From assembly GCA_043228905.1 (NCBI GenBank), contig JBHGNT010000021.1, positions 13,144,001 to 13,208,000 of the forward strand: a stretch of DNA of 64,000 bases, read 5' to 3'. The notes under the pieces are model-generated. The model saw only the letters and a program-made list of their open reading frames with translations. It was not told where the DNA came from and did not search any database. Shown one piece after another: positions 23,212 to 35,688 of the stretch (position 1 is its first letter; each line of letters begins with the position of its first letter). The DNA comes from Azolla caroliniana (Eukaryota; Plantae; Polypodiophyta). Position numbers and translations under genes: made by a program.

Positions 23212-26016
23212 TTACGCTTCGTCCAAAATGTCCAGAATGCTTTGCTCCAAAATTTCCAATGGCTCGTCGGGAATCTATTGTTGTTGCTGCTGTTGTTCCA
23301 TTTGTGGTTGTGGCTGCTGCTCCGTTTGTGGCTGTGGCTCCGTTTGTCGCTCTGGCACCGGCGTTTCCGTCGTTGGTTCCTCCGTCGGAGTTGTCTGTGG
23401 TTGACTGACCCCGGCCTGTTCCCCCTCCGGTCTTTGCACCGGCGACGGTTCCTCATCACTAAGGTTGACCGTTGCCACCTTTCGTGCTTTTTCTTCCCGG
23501 AGCCGGGACCGCTCATAGCTTTCGAACTGGATTTGAGCCTCCAGCCGATCATCGTCCAGTTGAGCTACGAGCTGCTGGACCTGCACCAATTGTTCATCCG
23601 CCAGGGCTGTGAAATCTTCCGTCAGCTCATCCCTGATGGTGGTGAAGTCCTCCGAGGTCAGCATATAGCAGTCGTCGCCCTCCTTTCGCCGGTTTTCAAC
23701 GTCCGCCCTAAGCAATTGGAGTTCCGCCGTATTCTGCGCCCATTTTTCCCACCAACGCACAAAGCTGTCATCAATCAAGCTTTTGGTCTTAGTGAGCCAT
23801 GACCGGAGGATGCACTGGATCCGTTCGGCTCCCATCTGTGATTTTTTTTCTGCGGCTTGTCGCTCCTCCTTCAATTGCTTGATGATCCGAATCGTGTCCG
23901 CCTCCTGCTCCCTATAATGCGATAATTGAGTTTGATAGGTTGTTTGCAACCTCTATAGTACCATTGACGCTCTTTCCTTGTCTTCATGGTTCTGTTTTTG
24001 GAGCTCCATCCGGTCATTCGCCGCTTCCTCCAATAGCCTGGAATTTTCCGCTCGTTCTTCGGTGAGTGCCGTTGTGGCCCTATCAACCTCTTGCCGGAGC
24101 TCGGCCATCCGTTCCTGTTGTTGCTGATGCTCCGTCTCCAGCTGCTTGTAGTCCCGATGCAGATGATCGAAATCATCGGTCTTTTGCTTCAGCCTTTGGT
24201 TGATCTGACGGCGCGTGCGGTCCTCCCGGTCCTTCTGTTGCCGGAGCTCTTCCTTCAGCCGCTCGATTTCCGTTTCCGCCATCTGTCGTAGCTTGTCTTT
24301 TTCCTGCAACACTTTCTCTTTATCCTCCTTCAGCCGGTCGTAAGCATGATGTCCTTTACGCAGGTTTTCCTCTGCACGGCAAAGGTTCTTAGCAGTCTTT
24401 CTTAATTCTTCTTCGGCCGCCTTCTTCAAGTCGCGTTCTCGGCTCCGTAATGCTTCTTGTGCGGCAAACTCATCTCGTAATTCCACAAGCTCTTGGGCTT
24501 GCGCCGCATGTTTCTTCTGGACAGTTTGTGTCTCCAGGGTCTTATTCTTCTGTACATCAACTAGAGTCACCAGTGCTTGGATCTGCGTTGCGGTTAAGGC
24601 CATTTTGGCCATATCTCCTGTGATCCGATACAAGTCTTGTTCGAGGCACCGGATCCTTGACCGGGTCGTCTCCAGTTCATCGGTTGTCACTAGCAACCGT
24701 TCCGTTTGCGCTCTTTCCTCCGCCTCTATGCATCCGACTACTCCGGCAATTTGGTCTCCTATCCACTGGAGCCATTGGCTGCCGGTGCACTGTTGTTGCG
24801 CTTGCACGGAGAGTTGGCTGATGGGTTCACTCGCCGGTGGCTGGGCCCGCCGTTCTGCGTCAAGTTGTGCTTCTACCAACTGACCACTTTGCCGTTTTGG
24901 CTCTGAGTGTGTTTCGGCTAGTCGCCCCTTGTCTGCTTGTTCTTGGCCGGCTGGGGCGGTTGGCCTTTGTATCTCCGGCTCTTGGGTGACGGGGCTTGCT
25001 GGTGCTGCCTGCTGTGCCAGGACTTATGTGACCGGTTCCATCCGAACCGGTTCCGGTGCCTCCCTTGGCGTGGGTTGCTCCGCGTGAGTTGTGAGCATTC
25101 CATCCTTCTGTGGGTCCGAACGCTTCTTGGCTGATTCAGCGGTGCTCTTCACCGGCCGGCGCTGGAGGTGCTCCGTGGGTTCTTCCTCCATTTCTTCCGC
25201 CTGCGTCCCGACATTCATTCTTGCCGCCAGGGTGTCCGTTTCCTATTGCATCGGTCGGTGGAGTGGGCTCTTCAAGGGCCGTGCCGGTGTCTCCTCACTT
25301 GCATCCGTCGGCTGCTTCCGGTTGGCGCGCTCCTTCGCCGCCTTCTCTGCTTCGGCAATCTTCCCCTTAGTGGCCTTGGAGGCCAACATTTGTTGCCATT
25401 TCGAAGCAGGTTTCGGGGTGCAGTCCGTTGCTCTTCCCTGCTTCTTGGTTTGGATGGGCTCGACTGGTGGCGCCAACAGGGTGAGCCATTGTGTCACCGC
25501 ATGCCATATTTTCCGGCCTTCCCTGCCGTCCTTTCCTCTTACTATATCAATGGCCGTACACAGCCCGTCGGCGATCAACACCGGCCAATCTACCTTGACC
25601 CCTTCGTACATTGCGATGATCAAGCCTGCTCGGTTCTGAGGCATGATGGGGGGTCGAGGGTACAGGTGGCCGAACTTGTGGAGCACACGAGCAATGTCAC
25701 GGAATAGCACATCTTCGCTGCCCTGTGTCTTGTAGCCCTTGCTGGCTAGTGAGTACTCACCGAAATATTTGATGAGTTACTCGGAGGTAGGATTGTCGAT
25801 CGTGTAGATACCTCCCTCCGGAAGGCATATTAACGCACGGATCACTTCCTCCATGATCACCCCTGTGTCGATTTCTTTTATAATCTTTTCGGCCTCCTTG
25901 TGTGGCGCTGCCTCCATGATCGTTAAGAAACCCTCCAGACCGTGCTGCCGTAACCATTTCTTGGCGGCTTCAGACAGTGTTTGGCAGTCCATCTCTGCGT
26001 CGAGGTCGGAGAGCAT
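23212..26016 (-). pseudogene. Extra ORF (about 930 codons, fragmented): N-terminal globular domain, linker, long coiled coil, acidic/Gln-rich tail
   Basis: ORFs 25777-26271, 25243-25710, 23953-24879 and 23275-23949 lie on the pol strand between IN and the 3' LTR; homolog at 61077-62759. Confidence 0.8.
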
Positions 26017-26410
26017 TGGCGAGGTTTGGTGGTGGGGAGAGTGTGGAAGAGAAAGTTTTGAGGGAGGGGGTTCTCTGTGTGCGAGCTCTCTACGATTGAT
26101 CTTCGCGCGTCGCTTTGCGTCTGTTCTCCTTGGTTTGCAATAGGAGAAGGTCTCGATGCGTGTGGGTTTTTCTCTGTGCATCTTGGCGCCTTTTTCGAGC
26201 CTCTGCATGTGCAGGTCGTGTACTATAATAGCATTGCGTGCCATGTGGCGGTGGTTTAATGTCCTATTCATAGCTCCTCATACCTTTTCGACGTGCCTCT
26301 TTACTCCTCGTGTGCATGGCCGTTTCCACCACTCCTTTCCATGATTTATTTGATTCGCTCCTTTATTTATTTATTATTTTTAATATTATTTTTATTTTTA
26401 ACTTGTGTGG

Positions 26411-29400
26411 TTAGTTTTTCTCCAGTCGCGTCGGACCTTTGCCCGAAGCGTGCAACTTGCCGGCATCTTGACGGTTTGCCGCTGTTCGGCTCTCCTCGGT
26501 TGCCGGCTCATACTCCTTACTGGCTTGGTGGTAGCCGTCGTCTTCACCGGTTGCCGTTATGGTTGGTCTGCCGGCGTCTGATTTGGTGGCGGCCTTTCGT
26601 TCAAATGGGTTCTTAGGCATAGGTCCTTTGTATGGTTTTAGTCTAAATCCGTTGACCCATTTGCCCAACACTTCTCCGGCAAGTGTCCCCAACTGGAACT
26701 CGCGTGTGATCCAGTATGGTCTGGTCCATCTAAACCGTAGTTTACCTGGCATTTTGCCCATCCGGGTCTGGAACACGAGTACCGGCTTGCCGGTCCCGAA
26801 CATCTTTTCGTTTCCCTTCCGATGCCGATCTACAAATGCTTTCTGTCTCCGTTGTTCCAATTCCAGGTGCATAATGCTCGCCAGTCGGTGTTCTTCCAGT
26901 TTGCATAGAGCCTTTAACTGAATTGCCTCTGATTCCTTTTCGTTCAATCGTTCCCGAATCTGAATCCGTAAGGTTGGTACCTGGAACTCGACCGGCATGA
27001 CTGCCTCCAATCTGAATGCTAACCGGAACGGTGTTGTTCGGATGCTTGTTTTGTACGATGTCCGGTAAGCCCAGAGCGCACTGTGCAGCTTTGTGTCCCA
27101 ATCTGTCCGATTTTCATTGACGATCTTCCAGACGATATTCTGGAGCACTTTGTTCGTCGACTTAGCTAACCCATTTGCTTGCGGATAGTACGGTGTGCTT
27201 CGTTTATGTACTACCGCATAGAACGTCGTCAAACTTTCTACCACCTGTCCAAGAAAGTGCCCTCCTTGGTCGCTTATCAGCTCTATGGGGCATCCGTACC
27301 GGCACCAAATGCATTCGTATAAGAATTTCGCCGTTGACGCCGCGGTGTTGTCTCATAGGGCTTTCGCTTCCACCCACTTAGTGCAGTAATCCTTCGACGA
27401 TCACGTACCGGTTGTCGGTTCTCATTGCCGGTGGTTTAAATGGCCCGATGAAATCCAACCCCCATTTCTAGAATGGTTCTAGTGGTAGGACTGGCTGGTG
27501 TGGCATCCGAGCTTGTTCCGTTGGCTGACCCATTCGTTGGCATAGATCACACGCCTTCGCATACCAAACTGCATCCTTCAATGTGGTCGGCCACCATAGG
27601 CCACTTTGCCATACTTTCCTTGCTGTCGCATCTCCGGCATAATGGCCTCCGGCGACTCCGCAGTGTGCCTCCTGTAGTATTACCTCCTTCTCGTCGCTGC
27701 GCACCGCTCGTCGCCAGATACCGTCCGCACCTTTGTGGTATAGCGTGTCCTGTAATAAACAGAAGTGCCAGCTCTGTACCGCCAGGCGTTTTCTCTCGTC
27801 TCGGTTCATCTCCTCCGGAGGCAATCCGGTACTCAAAAACTGGTGCATATTAGTTAGCCACTTATCTTCTTGTGCCACCGTTTCATCTGTTGCCGTTTCC
27901 GTGGTGACTCGAAAAAACTCTTCATTCGGAAACTCGTCCGGTACTCCGTCACCTGTCTCCCCGGAATCTAACCGACTTAGATAATCTGCTACCGCATGCT
28001 GTATGCCGGGTCGGTAGAATATCTCGAATTCGAACTCTTGCAACAACAAAGTCCACTGGGCCAACTTACCGGTAAGTGACGCTTTGGATACTAGGTAGAG
28101 GAGTGCCGAATGATCTACATGGAAGGAGAACTTTCTTCCCAATAAATAATGCCTGAATTTTGTTACACTGTAGATCATTCCCCATTCGGTGACGAAAGCC
28201 ATTTTCTCTTGATCCTCAGGGTGCATCCGGATCTGATTATACCTGCTGAATCCGTCTAAGAAACTGTAGACTTCATGGCCGGCGACGGCATCCAACACTC
28301 CATCCGTAAACGGAAGTGGAAATGCATTCGTTACCGTTGCCGCATTCAGCTTCCGATAGTCGACACAAACTCTAATTTTGCCGTTCTTTTTCGGTACGAC
28401 TACGATCAGGCTCAGCCATGTAGATTTCTTTACGGGACGGATGAAGAAGAACCTCAGTAATTTGTCGATCTCCTCCTTGACTTTGGCGGCGTAGTTTGGG
28501 TTCATCCGGTACCGACGCTGTGCTACCGGCTTGGTGTCTTTGCTTAGATGTATCTAATGCTGATACAACTGAGGATCCAGGCATCTCATATCCTCGTACG
28601 ACCAGGCAAAGAAGTCGTGAAACTCGTTGAGGAGTGTAATTATCGCCGTTTTATTCTCTGCATTCATTTCTTTGGCGATGTGGACTGGTTTTGCCTCCTC
28701 CGCCGTGCCTAGATTTACCTCTTCTAATTGGGATGTTTTTACGCACTGGGATACGGCCATTTCCCTTTCCAACGCCTCCTGTGCATGCCGTAACTCCCGG
28801 ATTGCTTCTTTATCCGGTTCTGCTTCGGTTTCGTCCGGTTGCAGTAAGTAGGGTGATACTGCTTCTGCGACGTCAATTTCGCTGCTCTTCTTCTTCGTTT
28901 GCTAATCCTTCCAGTCTGCTAATCCTTCCAGCATATTGACACACTCCGCATATAACGGTGTCAGATCCTTGCCGGTGCCCTTCCTTGGTTGTGTTGGTAC
29001 CCGTACCTTCGCTTTTCCCCGCCGGAACGTAATCATATTCCTCCTCCAGTTCTTCTTGATATGTGCCGTCTTTAACCAAGGGTGTCCCAACAATAATGGG
29101 TACGCTCCTTCAGCCTGCAACTGGAGAACTATGGCTGAGATTCGGAATGTGTGGCCCCCGATGGTTACTTCCAAGTTTCGTATTAAACCTATCGGTCGCA
29201 TCGAGCTTGTGTCCGCCATTCGGAGCCAGAACGGACATGGCTCCCACTCTTGGATTCCAAGAGCATCGCACGTCCGGAGGCTTATTACATTAACACCAGA
29301 GCCTCCATCTATTATCGAGCCGTGGAGTTCTTTCCCTTTCACAATGGCCGTAATTGCCGGACTGCTGGTGTCCACCACTACCGGTCCCTCCTCCGGATTT

Positions 29401-29735
29401 GAGAAGAATGCCGGAGCCGGTGGTGTGCCGCCTGTCATCATGCCTTCCTTGAGTCCTTCTGTGAATCTTGGTACTAGTTGCAAGAGTCGTCCTAACGGCA
29501 GCGTGATCTGGCATTCCTGCAATACCTGCCATGTCGCGTTTTCGGACTAACTACCGTCGGCGAGCTCTTTGGTGTTCTCCTTCTGTTGCGCGAGTTTTGT
29601 GACGTTTCGCTCATTGGACTTTTTCACCCATTCCGTTGCCTGTTTCCGGATGGCCTCTTGTGTCTCCCATTCCGTAGTCTTCCCCTGCGACCTTGTGGTG
29701 ACCTGCTGGAGGTCTGCGACTTCGGCGACTACCAT
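26411..29735 (-). pseudogene. pol: Athila-like pol (PR, RT/RH with internal deletion, IN)
   Basis: IIDGGSGVNVI, VDYRKLN, FLDGFSRYNQI joined directly to MIYSVTKF (RH), HHCC, STPYYPQANG, RWTRPY. Confidence 0.92.
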
Positions 29736-29737
29736 GT

Positions 29738-31527
29738 TTACTGCTGGTCGCTTATCATAGCTCTTTGCTGGACATGGATTACTATAATGTCCTTCTTGCC
29801 GGCAGTAATAGCAATATGCTTTCTGGGTGTTCCTGGATTCGGCATTGTTTCCTGTACCCGGTGGAGGACTTGTTGTAACTGCAGGGCTCTAGTCTGGTTG
29901 GCTGCTTGAGGCGCCTTTTTCCAGTTCACGTGGGTGGCTCCTGTTTTTAAAATGCTGTTTTTTATTAAAGTTCTTTTTGTTGCGGTACCCTTGCCGGGGT
30001 TGGTCGTCATACGTCCCGTAATCTTCCCGTCGTTGGTGATACCCGGGGGAGTGATCCCGGTTGTGATGCTCGTACCGTCCATTGTAATCTCGGTACTTGT
30101 CGTATCTCTTGTACCGGTCGTAGTTGTCTCGCCGATTGTCGTACCGGACATCTTGTGCCGGTCGATAATGCTCCTCTCGTCGCCAGCGTTCGTCTTCTTC
30201 GTCTCGGCTGCTACGTGGCTCGATTTGCTAGACTGGTGGAGCTTGCCGATTCAATAAGTTATATTCGCACCGGTCCATCGTGTGGCTCGTAGATTGGCAG
30301 AGTAAGCAGTGCATCCGCATGGTGCACTCCAGTGACGAGTGTCCGGAATTCAAGCAGGTCGTGCATTGGATTGCTTGCCGGAAATGGAGATCCTCATCGG
30401 TTGGTAATGCTCGTTGGAGGGCTCCCATTGTTAGCCAAGAGCTCGTTTTTTCCATTTCTCTAACCCAGTCGATGACCTGGTCGACGGTGCTTGTGCGAAA
30501 GTCAATGACCGTGCATACCATTCGTAGAGGTTCTCGGAGCACGGCTAAAAATATAGCCCGCGTTTCTTCCTCCGGAGGTGCGCGGGTAAGCTGACTGTGC
30601 ATCCGTTGAAACCGGATGACAAACTGTGGGATGCTCTCGCCGGGGTCCTGCCGAATTGTATAAAATAAGCCCACCATTTCTCGCTGATCCACCTCCTTCT
30701 GGAAGAAGTGCAAGAATTTGTCTTTCAGGTCCGCAAAGGTGGTGATGGTGCTGCGATCTTGCGTCCGGTGCCATCTGGCGGCCGGTCCTTCTAATGTCAC
30801 GCCGAATTCGGCTATCTTAGATCGTTCCTCTTCTACCGCGGTTAATCGTTGTGACACATGGTTTGCTTCCCATGTTTGTTCAAACGTGTGAACATGAGCC
30901 TCCGCGTCCGGGTCATCCCGATACTTGGAGTACTGGAACGGCATATCGTCGTTCGGTGTTGGTACGCGGGCTGGTGGTGTTGGTGGTCTTTCCTGCTGTT
31001 CCGTCGGTGTCTGAGATCTTAGCCGGTTTTCCTTTGGTGTTTCCTGCTCGACTTCCGGTGTTGGAGGTTTTTGCCGGTGTACTTCTGTCTCCGGAGGTTG
31101 CTCCACGACGAGTGCCGGAGGTTCTTGGTCTGCCAACTCTGGTTCCGGTGTCGGTTAAGTATCCGACTCCTCATCCTCCGGTCCTCTTGGGGTGTCGTTA
31201 CTGCTGCGATAGTTCGTATGCGCGCTGTAATCCCCTTCCGAATCCGATTCCAGCGCTGAAAATGCTTTGGATTCACCGTCTCTTCCGGCCAAGGCTTGGA
31301 GAAGGGTTTCCGCTTCCCGGAGGCTGCTTAAGCTGCTTCCTTCGTCGGGGTAGGTGTTTTGTTGCAGACGAAGCGATTCCTCCGCCACTTTCCGGATCAC
31401 TTTGGAAAATGATCGATCCGTTCGGATTTCTTCCACTACTTGCTGGAAAGCCTCTCGCTGCCGTCTCCGTTCAGCAAGTCTTCATGCTCTCTCCGTAACC
31501 GGGTCGTCTGTTGGCCTAGTCATCCAT
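29738..31527 (-). pseudogene. gag: Athila-like gag with three CCHC knuckles and an Arg/Asp-rich tract
   Basis: DPDAEAHVHTF capsid-like region; CTTCLNSGHSSLEC; CLLCQSTSHTMDRC; CYYCRQEGHYSNPC at about 29770-29820. Confidence 0.82.
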
Positions 31528-31559
31528 TCCTGCCGATGTTCACTGCGATAATGCAGGAA

Positions 31560-31571
31560 TCGTGGTCTCCA
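31560..31571 (-). promoter_or_regulatory. Putative PBS (tRNA-Arg-like) of the Athila-like element
   Basis: LTR, then CAATTTT, then TGGAGACCACGA; resembles the complement of a tRNA-Arg(UCG)-type end with one mismatch (recalled). Confidence 0.5.
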
Positions 31572-34500
31572 AAAATTGTGTTATTGCTAGGGCCGGACAA
31601 CAGCCTAACACAGGGTGTCCACTTAAGACATGTCAACAAAGGGTGGTATGACGGAATGACTTACGGCACAACGCTTACTTAGACCTTAATCGATTACTTA
31701 GCCATCCGTAATTAACACGCGTAAGATATAACAATGAATACAGAACGGTAATCAACACCGGAAGATTAAGACAATAAGCTTTATTAGTTATCCACTCCTG
31801 ATTACATTGTAACCGGGCCTTTATATTGGTCTCCGGTGCGAAATACAAAACGGTGCCAACCGGCACCTTTACGGAATCGTTCCGGATCCGGATCGGCATA
31901 CCGATTCTGGTCCGTCCGTCCACATCTTCTTATATAATAATATGTATATATTAAGACTACTAATTACAACAGTTCCCGAATAACTATTCCTTTCACACTC
32001 TGGTTTGGACCTCCTTAAGCCTTCTTGCCGGCCGGTAACAATCACTAGCGTTTCCGGCCCAATCAACATCCGTGTAGCCAACCAATTGTTCGGCTATGCT
32101 TGCCCGATAGAACAACGTCATGTCTTTCGTGCCCCTAACATAACGCAGTATCCGTTGCGCGCACTGAAAGTGTTCGACCGTAGGCTGCGACATGAATTGA
32201 CTGATTAGGCCGACCGGATAACTAAGATCCGGCCGAGTAATCATCATATAGATGAGGCTTCCAACAATTTGTTGAAACTGTATCGGCTCGCACGCCTTTC
32301 TTGAATTTGGGCGAAACTTCACGTTTCTGTCCATAGGGGTCAAGATGGGTTTACAGTCTGCCATTCCGAACTTGAAGAGCATATTCAATGCGTAATGACA
32401 TTGGCTAATCAATATGCCTTCGGGGGTACGGATCACTTCGATCCCGAGGAAGTAATGAAGGTTTTCGAGATCCTTCATTTCAAACAATGCCGCAAGTTGA
32501 GACTTCACGCGACGGATTTTGTGAAGGTCGACACCGGCGATGACTAAATCATCAACGTACAAGAGCAGGTTGACCGGTCTATATTGACCTTGCCGAACAA
32601 ATAGAGAAGAGTCTGATTTCGACGACGCAAACCCCATCCTATGCAACTATTGCGTAATCTTTGCGTTCCAAGCTCGCGGGGCTTGCTTTCCGTATAATGA
32701 CTTCTTCAATCGGCAAACTACCGAGGTGTTTTTTCGGATAGAAATCCGGGGGGTTGTACCATGTACACCTGTTCCTCAAGATCGCCTTGTAGGAACACAT
32801 TCTTCACATCCATCTGATGTAAGTGCCACCCCTTTGCCGCTGCTACGGCTAGCAAGACTCGCACGGTAGTCATCTTCACGACAGGCGTGAAGGTCTCATC
32901 ATAGTCCACGCCATGCTTCTGTGCGTAGCCTTTCGCTACTAAACGGGCCTTGTAGCGGTTGATGGAGCCATCCGTGTTGTATTTCACTTTATTTACCCAC
33001 CGGCAGCCGATCGGCTGCACACCAATTTGCGTCTTTCGCCACTTCTGCGTAGCTCTCCGGCTCACGCACTTCTGCCACTGGTGTCATATACGCATAATGG
33101 GTTCTTCTGGCGGGTAGATTGGCGTAAATCATGATTACCCGATTTAATGTATTTTTCAACCGATTTCGACCTCTTCTGTAGTGGTTCCTTTCCGACTGGC
33201 TTGAGGTCAGATTCGCTTCGAACTGACTCGGCACTACCGAAATCGTATTTTGGCTTCTTCTTCTTCCCCTTGTCCTAGTGCATAAACTGACTCCTCGGTT
33301 CTTTACGTGGGGACATCACGGCCGAGTCTCCACTACTCACCGTCTCATCATCTGCTTGGCCATCTCGGCCCAACCCCTCATTCGGCCCGCTTAGCTGAAA
33401 TGAGGTCGGACTCTCTCTTAGAGCTCCGACGTCCTCATCATGGAGAGGCATTTTAGCCTCAATGATCTCTTCTTCAGAAATCGGAATGGAGTCTTGAGGT
33501 ACTGGAGGTGAAGGCAAGTAACATGAAGCGGACTCGTCGAACATGACGTCGTGGCCTACGCGTTCTTCCTTTGTCCGAGGGTTATAACACTTATACCCTT
33601 TTTGCTCATTTGAATAGCCAACCAAGATACATTTTTCAGCTTTAGCATCCAATTTCCCCCTTTTCTCCTTTGGCACGTGCACATATGCGATGTTGTTGAA
33701 AATCCTCAAGTGTGCCAGATTCGGCCTCTTTCCGAAATATAGCTCATGTGGCGACACTCCTCCATTAGCAGAAGTCCGATTTTGCAGGTAGACAACCGTC
33801 TTTACGGCTTCAACCCAATAGAATTTCAGCATATGCTTCTCTTCAAGCATTGCCTTGGCCGCTTCCACAATCGACCGATTCTTCCTTTCAGCCACGCTGT
33901 TATGTTCCGGTGTATATCTGCAACTAAATTCGCGCCGAATTCCCATCTGTTGCAGATACCTGTTGAATTGACTGAAAAAGTACTCTTTTCCGTCATCCGA
34001 CCGCAGGCACTTAATCTTTCTTCCTGTTTACCTTTCGATGAAACTCTTGAGGTTCAGGAAATAGTCGAAGACTTCACTCTTCTTCTCAATGAGGTAGATC
34101 CACGTGTGCCGCGTATAGTTGTCGATGAAAATTACAAAGTAACAGCTTCCACCGAGACTCACGTTCTGTGCCGGTCCCCAGACATCTGAATGGATCAAAT
34201 CGAGCAGATTACGGCTCCGATTATGCTCGTTGGGGAATGGAAGTCGGTGTTGTTTTCCCATCTAGCAGGCTTTGCAGACTTGGGCATTACGGCTCCAGAA
34301 TTTCAGCAATTCGAAAACAATGTTCTTCGTTTGCATCTCACGAAGCCGTGGGAAATTTACGTGGCCGAATCGCTTGTGCCACAGGTCGATATCCGATCTG
34401 ACCTTTTATCCTTTTGCATACATAGCGGTGCTGGCTTGATTAGTGTTGAGGATGAACATCCTCCCTTCACGGCACCCTTGCGCGATCACTTTGCCTTCCT

Positions 34501-35688
34501 CCTCGATGAAGCAGTTGAGATGCGTGAATCGAACCTGCATCCCTTGGTCGACGATTTCACTGACCGACACCAAGTTCTTCGTTATTGTCGGGATGTGCAA
34601 CACTTTCATAAGCTTCCCTTTCTGCCCAATGTGGCTGAGGGGAACTTCACCGACATGTTGATGGTATGTGGAGTATCGTCTCCCGTTTCGACCACTCCTT
34701 GCGATTCCGGTTTCTCCAAGTATGAGAACCATTCCTCGTGACTCATCATATGATATGATGCTCTGGAATCAACATACCACACCTCGCTCGATTTTGAGGT
34801 GTTCACGGCCATAGAATTGGCCTTATGGTTCATTACGAAGGCTCGGCCCGATTTGTTTCTGGCTCGTTCAGAGCCTTCTGCATAGTGCGATCTCTAACGC
34901 CTCTCTATGTCTCTTCGGCTCGATCCAGCTTTGTCCGAATCGGCTCTCTTTTTCCAGCACTCGCTCTCCTTGTGGCCTTTCTTGCCACAATACCAACATT
35001 CCGACGTGATCTTCTCTTGCCGGCTTCCGGCGCCGCCAAGACTCCCCCTGCTTGTGGAGGGTCTAGAACTGTTGTCGGCATATCGATTATTTCGCTTGTT
35101 CTGCTCTTGTCGGCTGCCTCCATTGCGCGCTGATCGGCCTCGTCCACCATGACCAGGGGGCCTATCATCCTCCGTGTAGAGCATCTTGCTATCAGCATGC
35201 GTGCTCGTCGACGCACCCGCGTGGTTCTCCTCTATAAGGAGCATCGACTATAGGTCAAAAAACGACGGCGTATTCTCTCGTGTACACACAGCAGTTCAGA
35301 ATGCTCCGAACTTCGATGCCAGTTCCCCGAGACAGATCTACACCATCTCGCCTTCCTCGACGTTCACATATCTCTTTGATCTTCGAGGTGTAATCAGCCA
35401 CTGACAAGTCGCGTAGTCGTAAGTTGCTCAACTCCTATCGGAGTTGAAGATTCTTGGTTGTGGTGCTTTCGGCGAAAATCTTTTTCAGATTTCCCCAAGC
35501 ATCCTTCGGCATTTTCGCATCCCGAATATAGCTCAGAAGCTGTTTGCCCACACAAGACGCGAAGCAGTAGAGAACTCTGCTCGCCGACTGTTCTCAAGAC
35601 GGGAAGTCTTTGTGTGTTGAATTGGGTGCTGTGTCTTTTCCTCCGTCAACATAGCTCCAGTATCCACACCCGAGCAGGTACTTGTGCA

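Larger units (their letters stand above)
22696..32040 (-). mobile_element. Full-length Athila-like (non-chromovirus) Ty3/gypsy with an extra 3' ORF; TSD ATCAC
   Basis: 462-bp LTRs at 22696-23157 and 31579-32040; TSD at 22691-22695 and 32041-32045; TATA box (CTATATAAAGG) and AATAAA on -; gag-PR-RT/RH-IN followed by an extra ORF. Confidence 0.95.
21303..35688 (-). mobile_element. copia-A copy 3 (3' LTR 21303-21696, RH, RT, IN, PR, gag), 5' end deleted; hosts the Athila-like element
   Basis: LTR followed by PPT ctccccctcaa; RH at 21961-22690; RT (YVDDL) at 32046-33060; IN at 33275-34261; WYVDS; CWYCGKKGHKESEC. Confidence 0.92.

Noticed and set aside
22696-32040. Element oriented on + with an inverted gag-pol, making 23160 an ordinary PBS
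   Set aside because: The LTR TATA box and AATAAA lie on -, no PPT precedes the right LTR on +, and a PBS-like site follows the right LTR on -. Disfavoured, but not excluded without transcript data.
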